NCBI GenBank assembly: GCA_963555825.3
Contig: CAUVXB020000001.1
Span: 2,144,001-2,208,000 of the forward strand
Length of the DNA stretch: 64,000 nt
Source of the DNA: Alphaproteobacteria bacterium
GTDB taxonomy: Bacteria; Pseudomonadota; Alphaproteobacteria; JAAXGF01
Direction: 5' to 3'
The notes under the pieces were generated by a model. The model was not told the origin of the DNA. It searched no databases and saw nothing but the letters and a program-made list of their open reading frames with translations. Position 1 is the first letter of the stretch, and each line of letters opens with the position of its first letter. This document shows, in pieces, positions 31,213 to 42,466 of the stretch. A program made the translations under genes and the position numbers.

Positions 31213-32124
31213 CTAATCACGCGGCGCATAATCGAGGTCGATCCAATACGGTTGGTGGTCCGAGCCTTGAGCCGCCTCGTCGATCCGCGCCCCAAGCACC
31301 CGCTTTCGCATCGCTTCATCGACGAAGGCGTAATCGACGCGCATGCCCCGGCCGTCACTCGTGGACGGGTCGGCGCTAAAGGTAACGCCTCCATCTTCAT
31401 CGTGTCCGGCCGCGACCCAGGTATCGACTAGGTTCTCTGTGTAGGAACTTCGGCCATGATCACTATCCCTGGGACCGACCAGATGATCGTACTCGGGATC
31501 TTTGGCCTCCATATTGAAATCCCCCATCAGGACGAACGGCTCGGGCATCGGCGGCGGGTCGCCATCCTCTTGCCATAAGGACAGCGCATTTGGGCTGCTC
31601 CATGCACCGCCCTCGGCCGGCGCACGGCGAATGGTGTCGCGAATGGCGATGATCTGCGCCGCGCGGTCATGTTGCGAATGCGCCCCCAAATGGGCGTTAT
31701 ATATTCGCAAGGCGCCATCATGGCGCAACTTGATGACCCCCTCGAAAAACCCGACGACCATGTTATGGCGATCTCGCAAGGCCGATTTCGGCAGCGGAAA
31801 AAGCCGCGTCGACAGGATCGGTGTCTTCGACAAGATCATATTGCCGAACTGCCTGCGAACGTTTTCGATGCCGCCGTCGGGCTGGGGCGTGCTCGCATCG
31901 ACATCGAAGTAAGGGCCATAGACCCAATAGTATCGATCGAGAATTTGTCCGAGTTGCGCCGGTTGGTCGACGTTACCACTACGTTGCCAATAGCGTTCGA
32001 CTTCCTGCAGGGCGATGATATCGGCGCCGTCGACTTCGCTGGCGATCCTCTCCAGATCGAAACGACCGTCTTTGCCGAGTCCGAACTGGATGTTGTAGGT
32101 GACGATTTTCATTGAACCCGTCAC
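31213..32124 (-). CDS. Endonuclease/exonuclease/phosphatase (EEP) family hydrolase
   Basis: TYNI, LQEV, GDFN, RVDY, SDH motifs. Confidence 0.9.
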   Translation of the reverse strand: MTGSMKIVTYNIQFGLGKDGRFDLERIASEVDGADIIALQEVERYWQRSGNVDQPAQLGQILDRYYWVYGPYFDVDASTPQPDGGIENVRRQFGNMILSKTPILSTRLFPLPKSALRDRHNMVVGFFEGVIKLRHDGALRIYNAHLGAHSQHDRAAQIIAIRDTIRRAPAEGGAWSSPNALSLWQEDGDPPPMPEPFVLMGDFNMEAKDPEYDHLVGPRDSDHGRSSYTENLVDTWVAAGHDEDGGVTFSADPSTSDGRGMRVDYAFVDEAMRKRVLGARIDEAAQGSDHQPYWIDLDYAPRD

Positions 32125-32789
32125 GATGGCAACCGAACGCTGCCGAATCTGGTCTCGGCCCAGCGTGCGATACGCAGGACCGGGTAGCAGTAGGCAAAGT
32201 ACATCAGCGCCGTCATGCCGTAGATCACCATCAGTTCCCTTGGGTGGCGCTGGGTGGCGTGTTCACCGGCCCGGACCAGCTCGGCGATGCCGATGACCGA
32301 GACGATGGACGTGCCTTTGATGATGATGACATAGACGCCGCCCATCGGCGGGATCATCATCTTCACGGCCTGGGGCAGGACCACGTACCACATGCATTGC
32401 AGAGCCGTCATTCCGGTCGAGCGCGCCGCTTCGCTCTGGCCGCGCGGGACGGCCTCGATCGCGCCGCGAACGATTTCCGCGACATAGGTCGAGGTATAGA
32501 GACTGAGGGCGATGACGGCCGCCGGAAAGGCTTCCAACTGCAGCCACGAGATTCCCGTCGCCGGCAGCATGAAGTAGACGAAGTAGAGGTGGATCAGGAA
32601 CGGGGTGCCGCGCAGCATATGGATATACGCGCCCAGCGGATAGGTGATCACGGCATAGTCCAGTGTCCGCAGCATGCCGACGACGATGCCGAGCAGGCTG
32701 CCGAAGAAGATCGTGATCAGGGAAATCTTGAAGGTCATCCATAGACCCTCGAGGAGGAACGGAAATGTCGACAAAATGACGTCCAACAT
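32121..32789 (-). CDS. Polar amino acid ABC transporter permease
   Basis: RGTP, AEIVRG, GQSEAA loop. Confidence 0.92.
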   Translation of the reverse strand: MLDVILSTFPFLLEGLWMTFKISLITIFFGSLLGIVVGMLRTLDYAVITYPLGAYIHMLRGTPFLIHLYFVYFMLPATGISWLQLEAFPAAVIALSLYTSTYVAEIVRGAIEAVPRGQSEAARSTGMTALQCMWYVVLPQAVKMMIPPMGGVYVIIIKGTSIVSVIGIAELVRAGEHATQRHPRELMVIYGMTALMYFAYCYPVLRIARWAETRFGSVRLPS

Positions 32790-32802
32790 GTGCCTCTCCC
32801 CC

Positions 32803-33492
32803 CTAAGCCCGAGTCGCCGTTCCGCCGAGGCGGCGTTGGACGTAGTTGGTCACCGCCAGCATGACGGCGTAGATCCCCAGGTAGCAGATGCCGACCGTCA
32901 GGAACCCCTCGTTCGGCATCAGCCGTTCGTTGAGGATGACCAAACCGGCACCGAACAGCTCGAAGACGCCGATGAAGCTGACCAAGGAACTATCCTTGAT
33001 GAGAACCGCGGTCTGCCCCAACAAGGGCGGTGCGACGCGCGCGAATGCCTGTGGCAAGACGACGTAACGCATGCGTTGCAGATAGCTCATGCCGACGGAC
33101 TGGGCACCCTCGATCTGGCCGCGCGAGATGGACTCGATGCCGGCGCGGATGATCTCGCTCATGAAGGCGCCGGCGTTGAGGCCGAGCGCGATGATGCCCC
33201 CTTCGAGCTCGTCCAGACGGCGGTCGAGAATAGGCAGCGCCGGCAAGGTGAAATAGATCAGATAGATCTGGATAAGCAACGGCGTCGAGCGGATGGACTG
33301 CACGTAGCCAGCGGCAATCCGCCACAACACCGGGTTGGTGGACATCCGCATCATCGCGACGACGGTGCCGACGCAGAGCGACATTATCAGGGCAACCAGG
33401 GAAATCCAGGCCGTCGAACCGAGACCACGGGCGAACTCCGGCAGGTACTGGCCGACCACCCGGTAATTGTAGAAATCGAGAATCCAGTCCAT
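32803..33492 (-). CDS. Polar amino acid ABC transporter permease
   Basis: RSTPLL, SEIIRAG, IKDSSL. Confidence 0.92.
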   Translation of the reverse strand: MDWILDFYNYRVVGQYLPEFARGLGSTAWISLVALIMSLCVGTVVAMMRMSTNPVLWRIAAGYVQSIRSTPLLIQIYLIYFTLPALPILDRRLDELEGGIIALGLNAGAFMSEIIRAGIESISRGQIEGAQSVGMSYLQRMRYVVLPQAFARVAPPLLGQTAVLIKDSSLVSFIGVFELFGAGLVILNERLMPNEGFLTVGICYLGIYAVMLAVTNYVQRRLGGTATRA

Positions 33493-33523
33493 TTCTAGCG
33501 GCTCGATTGCCCGGCGAAAAATT

Positions 33524-33556
33524 ACGGGGGTTCCGCAATATCGGCAGAACCCCCGT
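33524..33556 (-). terminator. Hairpin between the SBP and permease genes
   Basis: ACGGGGGTTC...GAACCCCCGT followed by AATTTTT on the minus strand. Confidence 0.6.
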
Positions 33557-33582
33557 GGTCCGTGCTTATGAGAACTCTGGAC

Positions 33583-34377
33583 TTAGTGGTCCATCTTCCA
33601 GGTCGGGCCGCGCATCCAGTAGTCGGCCAATGCTTCCAGGCGTCCGTCGTTGCGGATCAGCATGAAATAATTGTCCATCCAGCGCAGCAGGTGGGTTTCC
33701 TCGGGGCGCGTGGCAAAACTCAGGGGCCAACGCTTGGGCGCCCCTTCGAGGATCTTGAACTCCGGGTATTCGACCATATAACCGGCGGCCGACGCGATGT
33801 CGTTGATCCCCGCGTCGGCACGGTCGGCGGCGACAGCCTGCGCCACCGCGGCGCCGCCGCCGGCGAATTCCTTGATTTCCGTATCAGGGCACTTCTTCTT
33901 CAACAGGCCGACGTTGCTGCTGCCTTGAACGACGCCGATAGAGACACCGCCCTTGCAGGCGTCCTGCCATTTGACGAAGGATTGGCTCTTCTTCGAATAG
34001 AGCACGACATCACTGTAGAGGTAGGGCTCGGTGAAGCTCAAGACCAGCGTACGCTTGGCGTTGGGCGTCATGTCGGCGGCCAGGAAATCGGCCTTGCCGG
34101 AATTGACGGCGGGGATCAAGCCCTTCCAATCATAATCGAGAAGCTTGAGCTCGACACCCATGTCCTCGGCCATCATCTTGACCACCTCGATGGCGAACCC
34201 AGTGCGCTCGCCGTTCTTGTCGACAAAGCTAACGGGCGGTCCCTGCGTCTGAACGGCGACCCACAGCTCGCCACGCTTGACGATGTCCTTCAAGACGTCG
34301 GCCGACGCCGGCTGGACAAACGCGCTCAGTCCGAGCGCGCACAGGCCCAAGCCAAACATTCTGGTGATTTTCTTCAT
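33583..34377 (-). CDS. Polar amino acid ABC transporter substrate-binding protein
   Basis: Signal peptide; family 3 SBP motifs (WKGLIPA, R..LSFTEPY). Confidence 0.9.
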   Translation of the reverse strand: MKKITRMFGLGLCALGLSAFVQPASADVLKDIVKRGELWVAVQTQGPPVSFVDKNGERTGFAIEVVKMMAEDMGVELKLLDYDWKGLIPAVNSGKADFLAADMTPNAKRTLVLSFTEPYLYSDVVLYSKKSQSFVKWQDACKGGVSIGVVQGSSNVGLLKKKCPDTEIKEFAGGGAAVAQAVAADRADAGINDIASAAGYMVEYPEFKILEGAPKRWPLSFATRPEETHLLRWMDNYFMLIRNDGRLEALADYWMRGPTWKMDH

Positions 34378-34484
34378 CTCTAATCTCCCTTCGATCATGT
34401 GCTCCCGTGGTCGGCGGCGCTTCGACCACCTTAGCCAAGGGATGCCCGAGATTCCAACAGATTTAGTATAAATCAATTAGATGT

Positions 34485-34500
34485 TTTGGTCTATACCAAA
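34485..34500. promoter_or_regulatory. Palindromic GntR/PhnR-type operator TTTGGTCTATACCAAA
   Basis: Near-perfect palindrome upstream of the SBP gene; related site at 36073-36084. Confidence 0.7.
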
Positions 34501-34512
34501 TATGAACGGCCT

Positions 34513-35268
34513 CTAAATGATCTGGCTCAGGAACAATTGCGTCCGTTCATGTTGCGGGTCGTCGAAGACTGCCTCGGGCGTGCCTTCTTCGATGATCGCG
34601 CCATCGTCCATGAAGGTTACCCGGTCGGCCGCTTCGCGGGCGAAACCCATCTCGTGGGTAACGACGATCATGGTCGTGCCCTCGGTGGCCAGATCCTTCA
34701 TCAGCTCGAGAACGCCGCCGACCGTTTCCGGGTCGAGCGCCGACGTCGCTTCGTCGAACAGCATGACCTTGGGCGTCATGGCCAGCGAGCGGGCGATGGC
34801 GACGCGTTGCTGCTGTCCACCGGAAAGCTCGCTCGGGTAGTTGTCCGCCTTGTCGCCGATGCCGACCCGGTCGAGCAGTCGACGGCCGATCTCGTCGGCC
34901 TCGCCCCGTTCGCGCTTGAGGACGACGGTTTGCGGCATGGTGATGTTCTCCAGCGCCGTTTTATGCTCGAACAGGTTGAAGTGCTGGAAGACCATGCCGA
35001 CGCCCTGGCGCAACCGGTTGAGGTCGGTCTTGGGATTGGTCAGCTCGACGCCGTCGATGACGATCGAGCCGGAGTCGATCGGCTGCAATCCGTTGAGCGC
35101 GCGCAGAAACGTGCTCTTGCCCGAGCCGCTCGGCCCGATGACGACAAGAACCTCGCCCTTGTCGACGTGGTTGGTGACGTGTCGGAGCGCATGCACGGCC
35201 GCGCGCCCCGGAATTTCGAAGGTCTTGCAGATATCGTTGACCACAACGATCGGCGTTTCGCTTTGCAT
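34513..35268 (-). CDS. Polar amino acid ABC transporter ATPase
   Basis: [28 protein letters not shown]. Confidence 0.93.
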   Translation of the reverse strand: MQSETPIVVVNDICKTFEIPGRAAVHALRHVTNHVDKGEVLVVIGPSGSGKSTFLRALNGLQPIDSGSIVIDGVELTNPKTDLNRLRQGVGMVFQHFNLFEHKTALENITMPQTVVLKRERGEADEIGRRLLDRVGIGDKADNYPSELSGGQQQRVAIARSLAMTPKVMLFDEATSALDPETVGGVLELMKDLATEGTTMIVVTHEMGFAREAADRVTFMDDGAIIEEGTPEAVFDDPQHERTQLFLSQII

Positions 35269-35292
35269 TTTGCGCTCCCCACCCAAATGTCG

Positions 35293-36096
35293 CTACGCCG
35301 TTGCCTTTTCTTCGATCCTTCCCACCGCCGAGACGCAGATTTCGATTGCGTCGTGACGCCAGAATTCCTGATCGAGCTCGACCACCTCGTTGAACTGATC
35401 GAGAATGGTCCGCGACAGGTAAAGGCTTGGCGTTCCGACCGCGACCCCGAGCGCCTTGGCCACAAATTCCGATAGCGCCGTCGGACGCATGATGATCTGT
35501 GTCCGATGCTCGATGATGCCGAATTTCTCCGACATTATAGCGGTCATCGATTGATCGAGCGGGTAATCCAGAAGACCGGAACAGTGCTCTGCCCTGACAT
35601 GAATTTGTTCAACCAGGACCGCCCGCCCATCGACCGTCCGCAGACGGTTGATGACAAAGATAGGGTCGCCGACGGCACAGCCCAGATGGGCGCATTCCCA
35701 CTGGGAAGCAGCAACCCGCTGTTTCGACAGGACGGTCGTGCCGGCCACCCGGCCCTGCGCCGTGATACTCTTGGTAAAGCTGGTGTTGGCGGTAGGATCA
35801 TATTGGACCCGGGGCGGCGAGACGAACCATCCGCGCCGCTCCTCGCGAAAGATCAGGCCTTCGGCCTCGAGCCGCATCAGTGCTTGGCGCACCGTAACCC
35901 TGGTGATGGAAAATTCGTCGGCCAAGGCCCGTTCCGGCGGGAGCTTAGCACCGGAGACCAGCGCCCCCCTCTCGATCAACGCGGCTAAATGGTCTCGGAC
36001 GCGTAGATAATAGGGCACCCGACGATCCCACACCCGGCGAACGTCATCTGAAATGGACCAAATCGATTCATCTGGTATAGTCCATATCTTCGGCAT
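35293..36096 (-). CDS. GntR/HutC-family regulator with UTRA domain (PhnR-like)
   Basis: LPPERAL..TRVTVRQAL, RRGWFVSPPR..YDPT, EFWRHDA; start uncertain. Confidence 0.85.
   Translation of the reverse strand: MPKIWTIPDESIWSISDDVRRVWDRRVPYYLRVRDHLAALIERGALVSGAKLPPERALADEFSITRVTVRQALMRLEAEGLIFREERRGWFVSPPRVQYDPTANTSFTKSITAQGRVAGTTVLSKQRVAASQWECAHLGCAVGDPIFVINRLRTVDGRAVLVEQIHVRAEHCSGLLDYPLDQSMTAIMSEKFGIIEHRTQIIMRPTALSEFVAKALGVAVGTPSLYLSRTILDQFNEVVELDQEFWRHDAIEICVSAVGRIEEKATA
36073..36084. promoter_or_regulatory. Probable autoregulatory operator TGGTATAGTCCA
   Basis: Reverse complement differs by one base from the core of the 34485 site. Confidence 0.55.
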
Positions 36097-36185
36097 GGCC
36101 GGACGGTACGTACTGTGGTGCGGATTGTCAAGCGACGCGCCGGGCCGTGGCGACGCCGGAGCGGGTTTCACCCCGAAGGGACAAT

Positions 36186-36770
36186 TCAACGAGCACGTCG
36201 CGTTACGGCCTCTCCGCTTCTGTTCGTTCCTCGATGCCGCAAGGCGGGCAAGGCGGCCAAAAGCTCATCGACACATTGCATGACGGATTTGCCAGCAGTA
36301 TCAATCACGAAGTGATTTCGGCCCCACGGATGATATTCCCGATCGAGCACATCCTGCCAAGTCGGCAACTTCAGGCCGGATATGTCGGCGGTGCGCGATT
36401 CAATCCGCTTTCGATGCTCGATCACATCCGAACAAACCACCTCCACTTCGATGCCTTCGCGACCCGCCCGCTCTGCGGCGCTCAACCACCCAGTCCGCGA
36501 CAGATCAATCGGGTTGACTGAATCCGCGACAACTGTTCGGCCCAAACGCAGATTATCTTCGGCCAAGGCATAGCCTACCAGGTAGCCCGCGTCGTCGACG
36601 GGGTGAATGTTGAGGCTGGAATCGGTTATCGCCTGTTCAATGCTGTCGATGCGCAGATAGGTCGCGCAGATGCGGCGGGCGAGTTCGGTGGCGAGTGCCG
36701 TTTTGCCGGTACCGGGTAGCCCCGCAAAAATCACCAACACAGGATTGCTCCACAGGGTCCATGTGCACAA
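36186..36770 (-). CDS. AAA_33/P-loop kinase family protein
   Basis: GLPGTGKT, YLRIDSIEQ, ADSVNP; start uncertain. Confidence 0.85.
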   Translation of the reverse strand: MCTWTLWSNPVLVIFAGLPGTGKTALATELARRICATYLRIDSIEQAITDSSLNIHPVDDAGYLVGYALAEDNLRLGRTVVADSVNPIDLSRTGWLSAAERAGREGIEVEVVCSDVIEHRKRIESRTADISGLKLPTWQDVLDREYHPWGRNHFVIDTAGKSVMQCVDELLAALPALRHRGTNRSGEAVTRRAR

Positions 36771-36897
36771 AAACCTACGCTAGCAGCCGATCGTTGTCGA
36801 TTATCTGAAGCTGACGACGCCGGACCTCTTTGAATGGGTGGTGAAATTCCGGTCGTCACGAGTAACTGGACAATTGCCGAGCGTGGCTCGGCAGCCT

Positions 36898-37026
36898 CGA
36901 TGAGTGGGCCGCCTAGCGCAGCGCGTCGGCGATCAGCACCTCGGCGGCGGCGCGGACGTGGCGCACCCGGTCGGGCGTGCCGGTGACGTGGGCGAGCGCG
37001 GTGGCGCGTTCGGCGAGCAACATGAG
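36898..37026 (-). repeat. Diverged copy of the TetR gene 3' end
   Basis: Aligns to about 39161-39289 with scattered substitutions. Confidence 0.85.
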
Positions 37027-37037
37027 ACCGCGCTCGA

Positions 37038-39005
37038 TCAGGCGGCATCTTCCCTGCGGCCTTCGGCGGCTTCGACCTCGATGAAGGTGTCGTTGTAGGC
37101 CGGCTGACCAGCCGGCGACCAAGACGACGGCGACAGCAGGTTGACGACGGCGTCGGTCTCGGGCGGCTCGCTCCACCACTTGCCGGCCAGGGCCACGGCG
37201 CCGGCGCAAATGGCATCCGTGACTGCGAGAGCGGCCCGGACCTCGCCGCGCTCGTTGCGCAGCACGACGGGCTGGCCGTCGACCAGGCCGCGCTCGGCGG
37301 CGTCGGATGGGTTCATCTCCAGCGCCGGGTGCCCCTGGGCCTTGCGCTGGCGCGGCATGTTGGCGAAGCTTGAATTGAGGAAGTAATGGGACTTGGGCGT
37401 CAGCAGGCGAAGCGCGTCCGAGGCCACCGGCTCAAGCTCATCGCTGGCAAACCGCAACGTCGCCTCGCCCGCCGCCGGGTCGGGCCGGGGCGGCGAGACT
37501 TTGCGCCAACCCTCGACCTTGAGGTCGGCGAGAGCGACCCCGGGCGGCAGAGCCGCGGCGGCGATCGCCTCGTCGCTCTCGCCATAGGCCGGATCATCGA
37601 GCCCGAGGCGCGGGGCCAGCAGCCGCATGACCTCGCCGTGGGACTTGGCTTCGCCGAGCGGCGCGATGGCCGGATTGTTGACCGAGATGTAGTGGTGCCC
37701 CCAGGCGCCCAGCACGTCGAAGTGCTCGAGCTGGGTGGTCGCCGGCAAAACGACATCGGCGTAACGCGCGGTGTCGGTCATGAAGTGCTCGAGCACCACG
37801 GTGAAGAGGTCGTCGCGGGCGAGGCCGCGCCGCACCCGCCCGGCGTCCACCTGGATCACCGCGGGGTTCATGCACCAGACCATCAGGCCCTTGACCGGCG
37901 GCGCGAGGCTCTGGTCGGTCAGCACCGCCCCCAGGGCCGAGAGGTCGAGGCTGCGTGGCGCGCCCGGTGTCAGGTCGGGGCGCGCCGCGGCAAACTCGTC
38001 GAACACCGGGGCGTCGAAGACGAACAGGCCGCCGCCGGGACGGCGCCAATGGCCGCCGAGGATGGCCAGCGCCGAGAGCCCACGCAGGTACGCCTCGCCC
38101 CGCACGGTCTGTTGCGGCGCGACGCCCGAGCGGATCACGGCCGGCTTTGCGGCGGCGAACTCGCGCGCCAGACGCACGACGGTCTCCGCCTCGATACCAC
38201 AGGTGGCGGCCACCCGCTCCGGCGTCCAGGGCTCGACCTGGGCGCAATAGTCGTCGAAATCGGCCGCCGCGGCGCGGGCGTAGTCGAGGTCGGCGAGGCC
38301 CTCGGCCAACATGACCCGGGCCAGGCCGGCGGCCAGCACCGCGTCGCTGCCCGGACGGATGGCGACATGCTCGTCGCATTGCTCGGCCGTGCGGCTCCGC
38401 CTTGGGTCGATGCAAATCACGCGGGCGCCGTGGCGCCGGCGCGCCTCCTTGACGAGCCGCCAGTGGTGATGGCAGGTCGACAGCATGTTGACGCCCCACA
38501 GCAGGATCAGCCGGCTGTCGACCATTTCCTCGGGGTCGAAGCCCACCGGGTGGCCTTCGGCGCAGAGCGCGCTCATCGACGCGCCGCAGACGTCGCCGTG
38601 CAGGTTCGAAGCGCCGAGGCCATGGAACAGGCGCCTCAGTGCCTGGCGCTGGACCGCCCCCATGGAGCCGAGATAGTAGAGCGGCATCAGGGCCTCGGCC
38701 CCGTCGCTCTCGATGATCGCCGTGAACCGACCGGCGATGGTGTCCAGCGCCTCGTCCCAGCTTATGCGTTCGAATTGTCCGCCACCCTTCGGTCCGCTGC
38801 GCCGCAGGGGGTGAAGCAGCCGGTCGGGCGCGTAGGTGCGCGCCTGGTAGTCGTTGACCTTGGCGCAGAGCACGCCGCGGGTGAACGGGTGGTCCTTGGC
38901 GCCGACGACGCGGACGACTCGCCCGTCCTCGACATGGGCGACCCAACTACAGGTGTCCTGACAGTCGAGCGGACAACATCCGATGACCCGTTTCACATCC
39001 GTCAT
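37038..39005 (-). CDS. Molybdopterin-dependent oxidoreductase (DMSO reductase family)
   Basis: CPLDCQDTC..C Fe-S motif, ADVVLPATT, C-terminal molybdopterin dinucleotide domain. Confidence 0.9.
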   Translation of the reverse strand: MTDVKRVIGCCPLDCQDTCSWVAHVEDGRVVRVVGAKDHPFTRGVLCAKVNDYQARTYAPDRLLHPLRRSGPKGGGQFERISWDEALDTIAGRFTAIIESDGAEALMPLYYLGSMGAVQRQALRRLFHGLGASNLHGDVCGASMSALCAEGHPVGFDPEEMVDSRLILLWGVNMLSTCHHHWRLVKEARRRHGARVICIDPRRSRTAEQCDEHVAIRPGSDAVLAAGLARVMLAEGLADLDYARAAAADFDDYCAQVEPWTPERVAATCGIEAETVVRLAREFAAAKPAVIRSGVAPQQTVRGEAYLRGLSALAILGGHWRRPGGGLFVFDAPVFDEFAAARPDLTPGAPRSLDLSALGAVLTDQSLAPPVKGLMVWCMNPAVIQVDAGRVRRGLARDDLFTVVLEHFMTDTARYADVVLPATTQLEHFDVLGAWGHHYISVNNPAIAPLGEAKSHGEVMRLLAPRLGLDDPAYGESDEAIAAAALPPGVALADLKVEGWRKVSPPRPDPAAGEATLRFASDELEPVASDALRLLTPKSHYFLNSSFANMPRQRKAQGHPALEMNPSDAAERGLVDGQPVVLRNERGEVRAALAVTDAICAGAVALAGKWWSEPPETDAVVNLLSPSSWSPAGQPAYNDTFIEVEAAEGRREDAA

Positions 39006-39176
39006 CACGTCCCCCAAAGACCGCAACGCGACTCAATATATCGCATCTCAGCGGCGACGTGAGAGAAACGCGTGCAGCACGGGCGGACGTCGCGAGGTCG
39101 GATACCGGAGGTCCGCCAAGGGCCGATAGGCGGGCCTCAACGGGGCGATGCTCGGCCCATTCGATGAGTGGGCCGC

Positions 39177-39740
<564 letters not shown>

Positions 39741-39940
39741 GGTCGGCGCTCCTTTCGATAAACATACAGGTCCGTATATATAGCGCTCTTGTTTTGGCTT
39801 CGCAAGGACACGGGTGACGGCAGCCCTCGGCATGACTGTACGCGACTCCCGGCCTGCTCAATTAAACGAGACGTCGTATTCGCGCCAGAACTGCGATGGC
39901 GGGGAGATTCTGGAAATAATTTCGACTCACGCCTTGTAAA

Positions 39941-39958
39941 ACAGACCGAACTGTCTGT
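39941..39958. promoter_or_regulatory. Palindrome ACAGAC-N6-GTCTGT, candidate TetR operator
   Basis: In the divergent promoter region; weaker related site at about 39762-39779. Confidence 0.6.
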
Positions 39959-40067
39959 ATCAACCATACCGATTGAAAACACTGGTCCCGACGGCAGGCA
40001 TCGAAAGCGCCGTCGCGCGTCACTGGCGCGACCCGGACATCACACCGCACCAAAGGAAGACACCGAA

Positions 40068-40364
40068 ATGCACACATCCAACAGCGTTGTCGCAGGCCGC
40101 ATCGCCGGCTTGCTCGCCACCACCGCGCTGATCCTGGGCATCACGCTCAGCGCCGGAGCATTCGCCCAGCACGGCGGCTCGCGTGGCACGCCAGCCGGCC
40201 GGCCGCAGGCCACGCCGACCTACGACGCCTGGGTCGAGGACAACCGCACGCCGGAGATCACTCTCCGCGTCGAGGCGGCATCCGGAACGATCCTGACCGA
40301 CGCCGCGGTCGACACCGAGGCCCAGGCGATGCCCGAGCGCCGCGTCTTCCGGCAAAGCCGCTAG
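40068..40364 (+). CDS. Small exported hypothetical protein
   Basis: AAGGA RBS, signal peptide ending AFA. Confidence 0.6.
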   Translation: MHTSNSVVAGRIAGLLATTALILGITLSAGAFAQHGGSRGTPAGRPQATPTYDAWVEDNRTPEITLRVEAASGTILTDAAVDTEAQAMPERRVFRQSR

Positions 40365-40420
40365 CACCACCGGCGGCACGTGGCCTCGCCACCGCGCCCG
40401 CAAGATCGGAACTCGGAACC

Positions 40421-41020
<600 letters not shown>

Positions 41021-41030
41021 GGAGGCGCTC

Positions 41031-41492
41031 CTGCGCTACACGCGGAGCGGACTGATCCTGCAGGGACACGACTACCCAGCGCTCGTCGACTTCTATGCGC
41101 GGGTCTTGGAGCTGCCCGTCATGTTCGCGTTCGACAACGAACACTCGGTGCTGACCTGCCTCGACATGGGCGGCGCGTACCTGATGGTCGAGCCGGGCGG
41201 CCCGCCGCCGGTCGAAAGCAAGACGGTCGATCAGAACCCGATCACGCTGCGCTTCAACGTCGCCGACATCGACGGCGCGGCCGCGGCGCTGGCCAAGAAG
41301 GGCGTCGCGTTCCGCCGCCGCGACAACCCCTGGGGCCGCACGCTCGACTTCACCGACCCCGAGGGCAATGCCTGTCAGATTCGCGACGAGGTGGGCTTCG
41401 GCGCCCGAATACTCGTCTGCGCGCGGCGACCATTGCGGGATTTTGGCAAGGCCAGCGCCAGTCCCTGTTGCACGGCGCGCCGACGATGGTGA
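41031..41492 (+). CDS. VOC/glyoxalase family protein (probable CTG start)
   Basis: AAGGAGG RBS before CTG; DFYARVLEL, LRFNVAD, WG..FTDPEGN; C-terminus runs into a repeat. Confidence 0.75.
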   Translation: MRYTRSGLILQGHDYPALVDFYARVLELPVMFAFDNEHSVLTCLDMGGAYLMVEPGGPPPVESKTVDQNPITLRFNVADIDGAAAALAKKGVAFRRRDNPWGRTLDFTDPEGNACQIRDEVGFGARILVCARRPLRDFGKASASPCCTARRRW

Positions 41493-41582
41493 AGGGGGTA
41501 TCGTCGATCGGCCGGCGCGCTTCCTTGACGGCTTGCGCCGTGCACCAGTTGCGCGCGGCGCGGCGCGGCTGCTCGAAATCCA
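41455..41582 (-). repeat. Diverged copy of the 3' end of the integrase-arm stub gene
   Basis: Aligns to about 42464-42591. Confidence 0.8.
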
Positions 41583-41739
41583 TAGCGTCGACACACCGGT
41601 GACCGCCCTCGGCCACCAGACGGTCGACGCGCTGCAATTGGCGCTCGAGGGTTGGGACGGCGATGTCCACCTGATCGGCGACTGCCTCGCCCCGCGCACC
41701 GCCGAGGAGGCCGTGCCGGATGGGCTCAGGGCAGGCTAG
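41583..41739 (+). pseudogene. C-terminal fragment of an NADH:flavin oxidoreductase (TMADH/StcD-like)
   Basis: VHLIGDCLAPRTAEEAV motif with no upstream gene body. Confidence 0.6.
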
Positions 41740-41775
41740 GCGGTGTGACCGGGAAGGCGCGGGCGGCGGCCAGCT

Positions 41776-42177
41776 TCAAAGGTCCGGGAACTTCAGCGGC
41801 CAATCCGACTGAGACCAGCCTTCGGCGATCCGATTCCCGTCCATGTGAAAAATCGAGAGGCCCTCATAACTGACATTTTTCCCTGTCGCGGCCTTGCCGC
41901 CGTAGGCGCCCTGATGGCTGGCCGTGCCGATAAAGCGCACGGCGATCTTGTCGCCGTCGATGAAGAGGTCGGCGATTTCGTAACGGAGGTCGGGGAAGGC
42001 TGTGTGGACCGCCCCGATGAACTCGCGAATGGCCCCGACCCCGGTCAGGATGTCGCCTCCGAAGTAAAACGTGGCATCCTCCTTGACGATCTCGGACAAA
42101 ACATCCAGCTTTTGATCTTCCCAGATTTCATGGATGAACCTGTCCATCACGGCCCGCAAAGCCTCCCTGTCGTTCAT
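41776..42177 (-). CDS. SnoaL-like ester cyclase
   Basis: AFPDLRY, DGDKIAVRF, ATGK motifs. Confidence 0.85.
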   Translation of the reverse strand: MNDREALRAVMDRFIHEIWEDQKLDVLSEIVKEDATFYFGGDILTGVGAIREFIGAVHTAFPDLRYEIADLFIDGDKIAVRFIGTASHQGAYGGKAATGKNVSYEGLSIFHMDGNRIAEGWSQSDWPLKFPDL

Positions 42178-42466
42178 TGTTGTTTCCTTCCTTCACGCGA
42201 GATTGATCCCCCCAATGCGATCGGAGTGAAGAATGAATCGTGTGGGCGGACAAATCTTGTCTGAACTACTGCCCAATCGTTGGGCAGATTTGGCATCAGA
42301 AACTCTATGCAAAAAATGGCGGGCACGGAAAGTGTTTTCCGTACACGGGCTGCGCGAGGATATCGGCCGCGTGTGACCCGAAGTTGATATTCGGTGTCCT
42401 ATGCCAGAACATCGGCTCAAGGATCATAGCCGGCGCCAACATCGAGGGACCGTCCCGTCGGGCGCG

